Assembly (NCBI GenBank): GCA_016934335.1
Contig: JAFGTC010000035.1
Span: forward strand, 208-64,207
Source: Candidatus Omnitrophota bacterium
GTDB taxonomy: Bacteria; Hinthialibacterota; Hinthialibacteria; Hinthialibacterales; Hinthialibacteraceae
DNA: 64,000 bases
Direction of reading: 5' to 3'
The position numbers and the translations under genes were made by a program. The notes under the pieces were generated by a model, which saw only the letters and a program-made list of their open reading frames with translations, was not told the DNA's origin and did not search any database. Shown here in pieces: positions 30,294-39,060 of this stretch (the first letter of the stretch is position 1; each line of letters starts with the position of its first letter).

Positions 30294-31574
30294 TTAAGCC
30301 GCCTGCACTTTTTGCTCAAGTTCTTCCTCTTTTTGCTCCGGTTCCTTAAAGAAAAGCAAAAAGGCGAGCATACAAACCATCAACAGAGCGAAAGGAACTC
30401 CGAATACACCGGTATAATTTACGACTCCATCAGCCGAAGTAAACAAGCCGGTAATCCATGTAGCCCAATGAGTGCTTAAAAACATCCCCAAACCGATGGT
30501 TACAACGGTGATTAGACTCTGAGCCGAAGCGCGAATCTGCACTGGCGCGACCGTATCAACGTACATCTGCCCGACGACAAAGAAGAATACATACGCGAAT
30601 CCATGAAACGGCTGGGTTATAACGACCAGCCACCAAACGCTTCCAAAAGCGGCCGCGGCATACAACAAGCCCCATGCCAGAGAGGCCAACGCCATGCACA
30701 TACGAATGCCGAGTTTTGGAAGCCACCATTTCAAGAAGAAATAGAGAGTCAGTATTTCCGTGATTTGGGCTGTCACTTGCGCCGTGGGAATGTTTTCACG
30801 ATTCATCCCCAAGGATTCCATCAAAACTGGAATAGAAATAAAGAAAAACATCAATTGCGTGGAAACGACAAGAGAAATGACCATGAACATCGAGAAATTC
30901 TTATCTTTCATTAACTTGAAGGCTTCCAGAAAAGCCCACGGATTCGAACTCTCTTTGGACGGCGGCGTATGAGGCAGCAGAAAGCAGTAAAACCCAAAAA
31001 TAATGGAAGCAATGCCGGGCATTATAAACAACCAGCTTTCCACATTCAAATAGGCGGCTCGCTGAGCGGATTGCATGGGCTCCGCCAACTGAGCGATCTC
31101 ACTCCACTGCATGGGATAAGTATGGACATATTTCCACCAGAAAGTCATGGCAAGACCGGCGACGACCCAACCAATGGACCCCCAAACTCGGATTGCGCCG
31201 AATTCCGTGCTTTTATCTTTAAGATGGTGGAAGCAGATCGAATTCGACAATCCTAACGTGGGCGCATAGATCATCGAATAGATAAACAATATCCACCATA
31301 CCAGCATGAAACTGCTGACCTTCGCCAGAACAATCAAAAGTATCCCTCCCACAATATGAGAAATGGCCATATAGATTTGGGTGGGAATGTATCGGTCTGC
31401 GATTTGTCCGCCAATAAACGGCGAGATGAGCGACGCGAGGAAAAAGGCGCTCACGAGAGAACTGCTGAATCCCATATGCTGCATATACGGACCCAGGTTG
31501 ATAAACCATGCCGCCCATACCAGGAATTCAAAAAACATCATGATTCCGAAACGCCAGCGTAGACTTTTAGACAT
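30294..31574 (-). CDS. MFS transporter of the nucleoside:H+ symporter (NupG/XapB-like) family
   Basis: The N-terminus MSKSLRWRFGIMMFFEFLVWAAWFINLGPYM mirrors the NHS-family opening (..LSFLQF.IWGSW...LG.YM). 12 hydrophobic helices. Confidence 0.65.
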   Translation of the reverse strand: MSKSLRWRFGIMMFFEFLVWAAWFINLGPYMQHMGFSSSLVSAFFLASLISPFIGGQIADRYIPTQIYMAISHIVGGILLIVLAKVSSFMLVWWILFIYSMIYAPTLGLSNSICFHHLKDKSTEFGAIRVWGSIGWVVAGLAMTFWWKYVHTYPMQWSEIAQLAEPMQSAQRAAYLNVESWLFIMPGIASIIFGFYCFLLPHTPPSKESSNPWAFLEAFKLMKDKNFSMFMVISLVVSTQLMFFFISIPVLMESLGMNRENIPTAQVTAQITEILTLYFFLKWWLPKLGIRMCMALASLAWGLLYAAAAFGSVWWLVVITQPFHGFAYVFFFVVGQMYVDTVAPVQIRASAQSLITVVTIGLGMFLSTHWATWITGLFTSADGVVNYTGVFGVPFALLMVCMLAFLLFFKEPEQKEEELEQKVQAA

Positions 31575-31701
31575 GAAGAGAACCTCCAACTTTGTTTTGA
31601 AATGCTGCTTTTATCAAAGATTATCGAGTCCAAATCAATTGAACCATAATACGATGACCACAATTATAAAATCAAGAATGCGCTTTCATGCAATCCCGCG
31701 A

Positions 31702-31854
31702 CTAAAAGATCGTATATATAAATGGGGCAATGACGGGATTGGACGTCATCAAGATCAATGCGCTCAATAGAAGAATCACTAGAATGATCGGAAGCAGCCA
31801 ATATTTTTTCCGCTCGCGTAAAAACCACCAGAATTCTTTCACCAAATCCCACAT
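31702..31854 (-). CDS. Small membrane protein, DUF5989 (SxtK-like) family; below the ORF-track size cut-off
   Basis: My own translation gives MWDLVKEFWWFLRERKKYWLLPIILVILLLSALILMTSNPVIAPFIYTIF* (50 aa). It follows the family pattern ..LKEFW.FL..RKK.WLLPII.VLLL......APFIY.LF. GAGGA lies 11 nt upstream of the ATG. Confidence 0.6.
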   Translation of the reverse strand: MWDLVKEFWWFLRERKKYWLLPIILVILLLSALILMTSNPVIAPFIYTIF

Positions 31855-31948
31855 AACGGCATTTTCCTCAATCTTTTTGTAAACTTGAAAAAGTTATTAT
31901 ATAACGATTTCCCGGAATCCCGCTAGCCGCACTTAACCAATAGATCCA

Positions 31949-33025
31949 TCAGCCTCTCATGGATTCTCGCAATTGAAGAAACAAGTCCATCATGAGAATC
32001 GATGGATTGACGAATCGCTCTCGATCTTCCAAAGCGGCCAGAATGCTTTTTGTGCTGCCGATTAATTTCTCCATCGAAGCGTCTTTCCAAAGAATGGAAA
32101 GATCTTCTTTTCGATCCTGATTTTCATAATGCGAAGGATCCCCCTGCGAAGCGACTACAACTCCATCCCGAACAATTCGAAGAAGAATCGGAAGGCTCTC
32201 CTCAAGATCGTTCGCATGTTTAGCGATGGATTCCGCCGACTCAATGACAGCTGATTCTCTCTTTTTGATTTCCAGCAGCAAATCGAATACCTGATCCCGC
32301 CGATCCAAATAATCCTTTTCCATCAATTGGCTTGCCTGATCGGGCAAGCCTCCGGCGGCCCGGGCGATAGTAGCCGCTTTTTCCTCAGACAAGCCTGGCT
32401 GAAGCGAACGGGCAAGATTGGAAATTTCAAGTGGAAGGAGTCGGATTCCCCAACAGCGAGATCGAATCGTGGGCAATATGCCGGCCGCTTGATCCGTCAA
32501 AAGAATAAATCGAGTGTGTGGATGCGGCTCCTCGAGAATTTTGAGAAGACTGTTGGACGAATGAACATTCATACTATGTGCGTCATGAATGATATAAAAT
32601 TTCAGATCGCCTTCATACGGAAGATGCAAGGCATGCTCCATCACGGCGCGCATATGATCGACGCTGTATTGTTTTTTCTTGCGCGGCTGCCGCTTGCCCG
32701 GAGCCTCTTTATCTTTCTCATTACTCTTCCCCTTGCTCCAATCCTCCCAGGGATGCATTTCAATAACGTCGGGATAAACGCCATCCTGAATCCGTTTGCA
32801 TTCGGGACATGTCCCGCAAAAATCGTTTTCGGCCTTTTTACATACAAACGTCATTGTTATAGCGAGCGCTACGCCGCCCTGCCCGGCCCCCGGCGGTCCG
32901 AAAACAAGCGAGGTTCGGCCGAAATGACCGCGCTGAATCGCTCGAGTTATAATCTTGCTGACATGTGGATGGCAGGGAACATTATCCCAGGGCATGATTT
33001 CCTGTCTGGTGCAATGATCGGCCAA
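31949..33025 (-). CDS. holB: DNA polymerase III subunit delta' (clamp-loader)
   Basis: LVFGPPGAGQGGVA degenerate P-loop, zinc module CGTCPECKRI, box FYIIHDAHSMN, sensor SRC motif TIRSRC. Confidence 0.75.
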   Translation of the reverse strand: MADHCTRQEIMPWDNVPCHPHVSKIITRAIQRGHFGRTSLVFGPPGAGQGGVALAITMTFVCKKAENDFCGTCPECKRIQDGVYPDVIEMHPWEDWSKGKSNEKDKEAPGKRQPRKKKQYSVDHMRAVMEHALHLPYEGDLKFYIIHDAHSMNVHSSNSLLKILEEPHPHTRFILLTDQAAGILPTIRSRCWGIRLLPLEISNLARSLQPGLSEEKAATIARAAGGLPDQASQLMEKDYLDRRDQVFDLLLEIKKRESAVIESAESIAKHANDLEESLPILLRIVRDGVVVASQGDPSHYENQDRKEDLSILWKDASMEKLIGSTKSILAALEDRERFVNPSILMMDLFLQLRESMRG

Positions 33026-33143
33026 AAAGGCTTCTTCATTCTAATACTTATGGCTATTCTCTAAAAATGAAGAGAAAATAAAAGAATACTATCAGTGAAT
33101 AGAAAGTCAAGAAATAACGATTGATTGTACAAGGAGGTCAAAA

Positions 33144-34379
33144 TTGAATATCGCACATAATGCCCTGAAAACATTACTTTTATATATCATCATCCTCACT
33201 CCGATCCTGAAAGTCGCTGTCGCACAAAACGTAACTTCCTATGAAGCGAAAAGCGCAATCCGATGCTCTGACAGCCCTTTCCAATCCGATGTCTTGTTTG
33301 TAACCGATCTCAAATCGACCTATTTGCTGCAATGCATTACCGAACTCCTCCCCGCCCCCCCGAAAGGATATCTTCCAGCCCCGACTTCGTACCGTTGGAG
33401 CGCCAGTTCGGGAAAAATCGAAGCGAATCAGGACGAATGCCGCTGGAGTCAGCCGGAATCCGGTTTGCAGGAAATTCAGGTGTCTGGAATCATGAAATAC
33501 CTGGCGCCGAATCCCACTGGTTTTTTCAGCCGCAAACTCCCCGATATTGAAGTTCCTTTCCGATCTTCTCTTAAGTGCTTGATTCCCTTACAAGTCGATG
33601 TCATAAAAAACGGGAAGGTCAATGGATTCGTCGTGGGCGATTATCCTGATCCAAACGATTGGGACGACCTGAAAAACGCTTCCAACTCCGCCATGGTTAA
33701 AGCGAACGCCGATATTTATCAACCGCCCAAATTGTTTTACTGCGTAATCCCAGAAACCTACAATTTAAAAATCTTCAAAGAATATACATTGGGAGATTTT
33801 GATCTTGATCCTCGTTTTTTGCCCTTAAAATACCCACGCTACGTTGTTATCCATCCCAGAATATTGCGAAAACTGGATCTCTTGGAAACTCAGGTGCGCA
33901 ACGCTGGCATAACCTTATCCAAATTCAAGATTTTTTATGGCTATCGATCCCCCGCCTATAACTTGGGTTCGCGCGAAGAAGACGGCGGCATTACTTTGAA
34001 AAGTGGATTTTCCACCCACATGTACGGCCTGGCTGTAGATATTCTTATTGACGAAGACGACGACCTTGTTATGGATGACTTGGATGGAGACGGAAGAACA
34101 ACGGAAGAAGACGCCAAAATCCTTCTGAATCATGTCAACAAATTAGATCGCCTTCTGCTCCAACAAGACAGCGAGTTGGTTGGAGGCGCCGGCTGGTATC
34201 CTCATCACGATTTCTGGGAGCGGGGCGAGTACGTGCAATCTCCGTATGTTCATATCGATGCACGAGGTTATACGAATGGCCAGCGATTAGTGCGCTGGAT
34301 TGGAAAAGATACGATTGGGATTCGAAAACGCAGCAATCCTTACAAGCAAAATGCGCCTATTCCGCCTTGGCCCTGGTAA
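33144..34379 (+). CDS. Secreted peptidase M15-family (DUF882/YcbK-like zinc D,D-peptidase fold) protein with long N-terminal domain
   Basis: H-x6-D zinc motif STHMYGLAVD and distal VHIDARG. TTG start 6 nt after AGGAGG. Signal peptide. Confidence 0.55.
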   Translation: MNIAHNALKTLLLYIIILTPILKVAVAQNVTSYEAKSAIRCSDSPFQSDVLFVTDLKSTYLLQCITELLPAPPKGYLPAPTSYRWSASSGKIEANQDECRWSQPESGLQEIQVSGIMKYLAPNPTGFFSRKLPDIEVPFRSSLKCLIPLQVDVIKNGKVNGFVVGDYPDPNDWDDLKNASNSAMVKANADIYQPPKLFYCVIPETYNLKIFKEYTLGDFDLDPRFLPLKYPRYVVIHPRILRKLDLLETQVRNAGITLSKFKIFYGYRSPAYNLGSREEDGGITLKSGFSTHMYGLAVDILIDEDDDLVMDDLDGDGRTTEEDAKILLNHVNKLDRLLLQQDSELVGGAGWYPHHDFWERGEYVQSPYVHIDARGYTNGQRLVRWIGKDTIGIRKRSNPYKQNAPIPPWPW

Positions 34380-34552
34380 ATTAATACGATTGTTTAAGGC
34401 CTCATCGTACATAACTTCAAAAAAAATATAAAAATTATTGATCAGACATAAAAGAGGCTTGACTGAAAAAAAGAAAGGGATAATCTTAATCACGCTGAGA
34501 GACAATTAACGTTTAATCTCCTAGCAAATAGCCATAGTCAAGAAAAGAACAT

Positions 34553-34625
34553 TCCCCTGTAGCTCAATCGGTAGAGCATTCGGCTGTTAACCGAAGTGTT
34601 GTAGGTTCGAGTCCTACCGGGGGAG
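34553..34625 (+). tRNA. tRNA-Asn (anticodon GUU)
   Basis: Cloverleaf read by hand. Acceptor TCCCCTG/CGGGGGA with one G-U pair. D arm GCTCAATCGGTAGAGC. Anticodon stem-loop TTCGG-CTGTTAA-CCGAA. T arm GTAGG-TTCGAGT-CCTAC. No encoded CCA. A T-run follows. Confidence 0.9.
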
Positions 34626-34749
34626 TTTTTTTATACTTCCCTCCCCTTCTTTCATCTGAAGTTTTCAGTTCTCAATAAAATCCCCTATAAAAATAAAAAC
34701 GCCCCTCCCTATTGGCCGGAAGAGGCGTTTGGATCTGGTTTTTATTCGA

Positions 34750-34974
34750 TTAGGAGAGAGGAATAATTTCAAAACCTCTCTTATTCACAATCGAGTCCTC
34801 AAAATTGACGGTAACAACAATTCGATCCGGTAAACCGCAGAAATTTTCTACTAATTTCCCATCTGAAATAACACGAATCGCTTCAATGGAGCCTTCCCGG
34901 CGTCTTTGCTGCTCAATACTGACTCGATCCCCCACATGCATCTTCACTTCTTTGTTGATATCAATCACTGTCAA
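34750..34974 (-). CDS. Small hypothetical protein
   Basis: ORF only; no recognisable motif. A shorter start at MHVGDRV is possible. Confidence 0.3.
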   Translation of the reverse strand: MTVIDINKEVKMHVGDRVSIEQQRRREGSIEAIRVISDGKLVENFCGLPDRIVVTVNFEDSIVNKRGFEIIPLS

Positions 34975-35252
34975 CTCCTTTTTTAATGATGTAAATTTCG
35001 TTTTGACATGCCCGCTCTCTACCGCAAATCAACATTGACAATACATGACATCTATGTAAAATAATACACAATCAAGGAAAACAATCAAGAGCGTAATTCT
35101 CTAATTTGCATCCAAGAAAAAGAAAAACGCGCGCTAGAAAGAAAGGCGGGCGCGTTTTGTCATTAGAACCTTTGATTTTTATCCGGATCGGTCGCGCGAT
35201 TGATCCGGTCAACTTATAAAACGTGGTTATGATTGGATTAGAAAGGGAATTC

Positions 35253-35939
35253 ATGTTAGAGCGATTTCTGACCATCAAAGATGTGAGCGAACTTTTGCAG
35301 GTGAACGAAAGAACGATTCACCGATTGATCCAAGCCAAAAAAATTCACGCCACAAAAATAGGAAGTCAATGGCGCTTCCATCCCGCTCTATTGGAGGAAT
35401 GGTTTCTGAATGGGGGAGAGCAAGAACTATCGGATGGCGGCGGCGACGCTCCTTGGCGGCAGGATGATGAATTTCGCATTGTCTCCCCTGATCGAACTCT
35501 CCTAGCTCTGGAAGCCTCAAACCGCCGACAAGTCTTTGAACTTATGATAGACACGCTTGTCGCCACAGGTCATTTGCTGCAGAAGACTATTTTCTTGCAG
35601 GAAGTGATCAAACGAGAGGATCATCTATCGACCGGAATAGGAAATGGCGTGGCTCTGCCGCATGCCTGGCATCCTGTCAACGACCTGTTTCACGTGCCCC
35701 TTGTGGTTTGCGCCCGTTTAAAAGATGCGCTTGATTTTCAATCCGTCGACGGAGAACCGGTCGATTTAGTGTTTCTTCTTTGCGCCCCTCGAAACCGCCT
35801 GCATCTGAAATTATTGTCTACGATGGCCGCCGCCGCCAAAGATCCTCTTATCATATCCAAACTTCGCGCCGCCGACGAAGCCGTCGAATTTTGTTCGATC
35901 TTAGAGGATGTATTATCACCGCTCGCGGGAGTCCTATAA
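35253..35939 (+). CDS. Fusion of excisionase/MerR-type HTH domain and PTS EIIA(Ntr/fructose, type 2) domain
   Basis: N-terminus LTIKDVSELLQVNERTIHRLIQAKKIHATKIGSQWRF. C-terminal EIIA-2 with phospho-His motif LSTGIGNGVALPHA. Start set to M11. Confidence 0.7.
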   Translation: MLERFLTIKDVSELLQVNERTIHRLIQAKKIHATKIGSQWRFHPALLEEWFLNGGEQELSDGGGDAPWRQDDEFRIVSPDRTLLALEASNRRQVFELMIDTLVATGHLLQKTIFLQEVIKREDHLSTGIGNGVALPHAWHPVNDLFHVPLVVCARLKDALDFQSVDGEPVDLVFLLCAPRNRLHLKLLSTMAAAAKDPLIISKLRAADEAVEFCSILEDVLSPLAGVL

Positions 35940-36161
35940 AGCACTTTTACAAATAAAGCCTTTTTGTAAGATTAGCATCTTCTTTACTCACATTTGCAGA
36001 AGACCAGTTGTATTGATCTCATTCGGAAGGATCGAAACCGGTGATTTATATTGTGGATGCTTGCATCGCCCTCCAGTGGTCAGCGCACTAAACGGCGAGG
36101 ATATTTTTTCGTAACATAAGGGAGCACGATAGACAGAAAACGAGGAAAGGGATTTATAATC

Positions 36162-37358
36162 ATGAATTTTACGCTCCGTCTTTTCTGGATGATTCCCTTG
36201 TTCATTCTTCTCTCTTTGACGACTTCCTGCACGACCTCCTCCAAAATCTCCCCAAATATCCCGGATGCGGCATGGCTCAACAATCAGCGATTATTCCATC
36301 AACAAACCATTTTCGCTTCGGGAACTAACGGCTATCACACGTTCCGCATTCCCGCTTTGACAGTGACTCAACGAGGTACGATTTTGGCGTTCTGCGAAGG
36401 TCGCAAAGGCGGACGGGGAGACTCCGGCGACATCGACTTGGTGCTGCGGCGCAGCACGGACGGCGGAGAATCTTGGGGGAAATTGCAGGTTGTATGGGAT
36501 CAAGGAGAAAACACCTGCGGAAATCCCGCGCCGGTCGTCGACGGCGACACAGGCGTGATCTGGCTGCTCATGACTTATAATGACGGTAAAATCAGTGAAT
36601 CGCAAATCAACAAAGGCGGCGGCTCTCGCGACGTCTGGGCGACCCACAGCGACGACGACGGTTTAACCTGGGCGCCTCCAGTCAAAATCAACGCAACCGC
36701 CAAGAAATCGAATTGGCGCTGGTACGCCACCGGCCCCTGTCATGGCATCCAACTGCAAAGCGGCCGCTTAGTGATCCCCTGCGATCATTCCACCGGCCCT
36801 GAATTTAATCAATGGCGTTCCCACGTCATTTACAGCGACGACCATGGAAAGACCTGGCGCATGGGAGGCGAAGAGCCGGGCGCATTCACCAATGAAAGCT
36901 CCGTCGTCCAGTTGGCGGACGGCTCTCTCTATTTAAATATGCGCAGTTATAAGGGAGATCACCGGCGGCCGTTTTCAATCAGCCATGATGAGGGAATGAC
37001 TTGGACGAAGGCGGAATCGGATCCAACGCTGATCGAACCGCGTTGTCAGGGTTCGGCGATTCGCTATACGTTTGCGCCTGCATTCAAGAAAAACCGCATT
37101 CTATTCTCGAATCCCGCCAGCGAAAAACGCGAAAGAATGACCATCCGCATCAGTTACGATGAAGCAAAAACCTGGGATGTCGCACGACGCATCTATGAGG
37201 GGCCGTCTGCATATTCCGATTTAGCGGTCTTACCCGATTATCAGGTCGCCCTGCTCTACGAACGAGGCGAAAAGAATCCATACGAAACCATCACGTTTGC
37301 ACGAATGACATTGAGCTGGCTGACGGACGGCCAGGATCATTTAACGCCGCTCCACTGA
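36162..37358 (+). CDS. Exo-alpha-sialidase (GH33-like, BNR/Asp-box beta-propeller)
   Basis: FRIP motif (YHTFRIPAL) plus Asp boxes STDGGESW, SDDDGLTW, SDDHGKTW, SHDEGMTW and SYDEAKTW. Signal or lipoprotein-like leader. Confidence 0.85.
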   Translation: MNFTLRLFWMIPLFILLSLTTSCTTSSKISPNIPDAAWLNNQRLFHQQTIFASGTNGYHTFRIPALTVTQRGTILAFCEGRKGGRGDSGDIDLVLRRSTDGGESWGKLQVVWDQGENTCGNPAPVVDGDTGVIWLLMTYNDGKISESQINKGGGSRDVWATHSDDDGLTWAPPVKINATAKKSNWRWYATGPCHGIQLQSGRLVIPCDHSTGPEFNQWRSHVIYSDDHGKTWRMGGEEPGAFTNESSVVQLADGSLYLNMRSYKGDHRRPFSISHDEGMTWTKAESDPTLIEPRCQGSAIRYTFAPAFKKNRILFSNPASEKRERMTIRISYDEAKTWDVARRIYEGPSAYSDLAVLPDYQVALLYERGEKNPYETITFARMTLSWLTDGQDHLTPLH

Positions 37359-37387
37359 ATGAAAACGGCGGCCGGCCTCCGCCTGCG

Positions 37388-37435
37388 ACGCAAGTAATTC
37401 ATGTAAATTTCTGCATGTATTACTTGCGTATTTCT
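37388..37435 (+). terminator. Hairpin terminator between convergent genes
   Basis: 11-bp stem ACGCAAGTAAT (37388-37398) / ATTACTTGCGT (37419-37429) with an inner CATG/CATG extension, then ATTTCT. The 3' arm overlaps the stop of the minus-strand ORF. Confidence 0.55.
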
Positions 37436-38118
37436 GCCAGCTGAATGCCGAGGATTAAATAGCGCAGAACGCCGCTTGACGAACCGGCTTGCGCCTGCGT
37501 AATCGGACGACTCGACAGGGAATTCGAACGGACGCCTCCCTGCGCATTGACTCGAATCGGGATTCCCCCGAACGCATCCCATTGCCGGGGATGCAGAATC
37601 ATGGCGGAGCTGATAATCGGGAAGACTGGGGAATGGCGACCCTCCTGGATTTTTTCCTGAAATTGGACGCCTAAAGACGGTTCGCCCGCCCACGCGCGCG
37701 TTCGAAGGTCATGGATTTCTGGAACATGATAAAGTTCCGCTTTAACTCGCAGGCGGTTGTCTTTCGTTGCCCCTTTCGAAAGGATGCGCAAAAAATGTTC
37801 GGGAAACACAAGGGCGGTAGCTTCTTCATCTCCGAAAAAACTAAAACGAATCGTATTAGAAAGTTCATAGGAAGGATATTTGAAATTTCTGGTTAAAATC
37901 TCAGTCATATCAGCCAGATCGGATGGCGCGCTGCCGTAAATTCCCGTTGTTCCTGCATAGATGACGCGCACTTTCAAATAAAACGTCGCATCCGCCTTCG
38001 ACAATGACGGCGTAGCTGAAGAAACGCTTTCATCCGCTTCCGCTATACAATCGGATGCAATCACAAGCAGCGCAAAACATGCGATTAATAGATCAAATCG
38101 ATATTTCATCTCTTTCAT
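37420..38118 (-). CDS. Secreted hypothetical protein
   Basis: Signal-peptide-like N-terminus (LLIACFALLVIASDC). No recognisable domain. Confidence 0.4.
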   Translation of the reverse strand: MKEMKYRFDLLIACFALLVIASDCIAEADESVSSATPSLSKADATFYLKVRVIYAGTTGIYGSAPSDLADMTEILTRNFKYPSYELSNTIRFSFFGDEEATALVFPEHFLRILSKGATKDNRLRVKAELYHVPEIHDLRTRAWAGEPSLGVQFQEKIQEGRHSPVFPIISSAMILHPRQWDAFGGIPIRVNAQGGVRSNSLSSRPITQAQAGSSSGVLRYLILGIQLAEIRK

Positions 38119-38316
38119 TCAAATAGTCCCCGTACTTTTTTTCGTTCTACTGACATGATTTCAAGAAAAACCGGATGCAGCAATTTATTTTATCGAGAAA
38201 AGTGATAATATTTCATCCGAAAAATAAAACTATCAATCTTTTTTCACTTTTTATCAATTTTTTGAAAAAAATTCAACTAGCGATTTCGTAACTTCTTGCT
38301 TGAAAGGAATGTAGTA

Positions 38317-38907
38317 ATGGAAAAAAAGGCGTTCACTTTGATTGAATTGTTAATTGTTGTTGCAATTATAGGCATCCTCGCAGCAATAGCTGTTCCTAAT
38401 TTTCTTAATGCTCAAATTCGAGCCAAAATTGCCCGTGTTCAATCCGATCAAAATGCATATTCCACGGCAATGGATATGTATCAACTGGATCAAGGTGGAC
38501 ATTTTCCTCTTCAAGATCAAATATGGCGCATCACGACTCCCGTCTCGTACATTGCCAGTTTAAACCCCGATCCCTTTGCGCCGGCCGTTCCCGGACGTTT
38601 TAATTTTGTCCATGCATACGATCCCTTTTATTTTATCACCACCCAACCGGATCCAACGAGCATAAATGAAAGTCTATTAGCCGATTTTAATATTTGGACC
38701 GGATACCCCAATCAATGGACAGGCGGCGCCAACGATCGATCCATGGCGGGAGTCGTACGCTACCAAATCCGCAGCGTCGGCCCCAATCGCTATAATGAAT
38801 ATGGCATGCGCTATGATTCATCCAATGGTTTGGTCAGCAATGGAGACGTTAACCGCTTTGGACCGGGGAATCTTGATCGAGCCTACGGCGGCTGGCCCGG
38901 CGCATAA
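38317..38907 (+). CDS. GspG-like pseudopilin (paralog 2)
   Basis: MEKKA|FTLIELLIVVAIIGILAAIAVPNFLNAQIRAKIA. ITTPVSYIASLNPDPF. YDSSNGLVSNGDVNRFG. Start set to ATG 38317. Confidence 0.8.
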   Translation: MEKKAFTLIELLIVVAIIGILAAIAVPNFLNAQIRAKIARVQSDQNAYSTAMDMYQLDQGGHFPLQDQIWRITTPVSYIASLNPDPFAPAVPGRFNFVHAYDPFYFITTQPDPTSINESLLADFNIWTGYPNQWTGGANDRSMAGVVRYQIRSVGPNRYNEYGMRYDSSNGLVSNGDVNRFGPGNLDRAYGGWPGA

Positions 38908-39012
38908 TTCAACAATGGGATTGATCGAATACCGAATCAGATTCTAAAAAGAGCGATAGACGTTCCTGCATCATTATGCTCTCTTTGATTTGGTTTTTTC
39001 AGAAAATGCCGG

Positions 39013-39040
39013 CCCCGCCTTAATAAGGCGGGGTTTATTT
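39013..39040 (+). terminator. Rho-independent terminator after pseudopilin paralog 2
   Basis: Stem CCCCGCCTT / AAGGCGGGG (39013-39033), followed by TTTATTTATT. Confidence 0.6.
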
Positions 39041-39060
39041 ATTCAAAAGGAATTTCCATT

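Noticed and set aside
34553-35939. tRNA-Asn followed by an excisionase-type HTH gene, considered as a hint of an integrated element.
   Set aside because: There is no integrase, I could not spot a repeat of the tRNA 3' end downstream, and the HTH is fused to a PTS EIIA domain rather than being a stand-alone Xis. The flanking genes look chromosomal.
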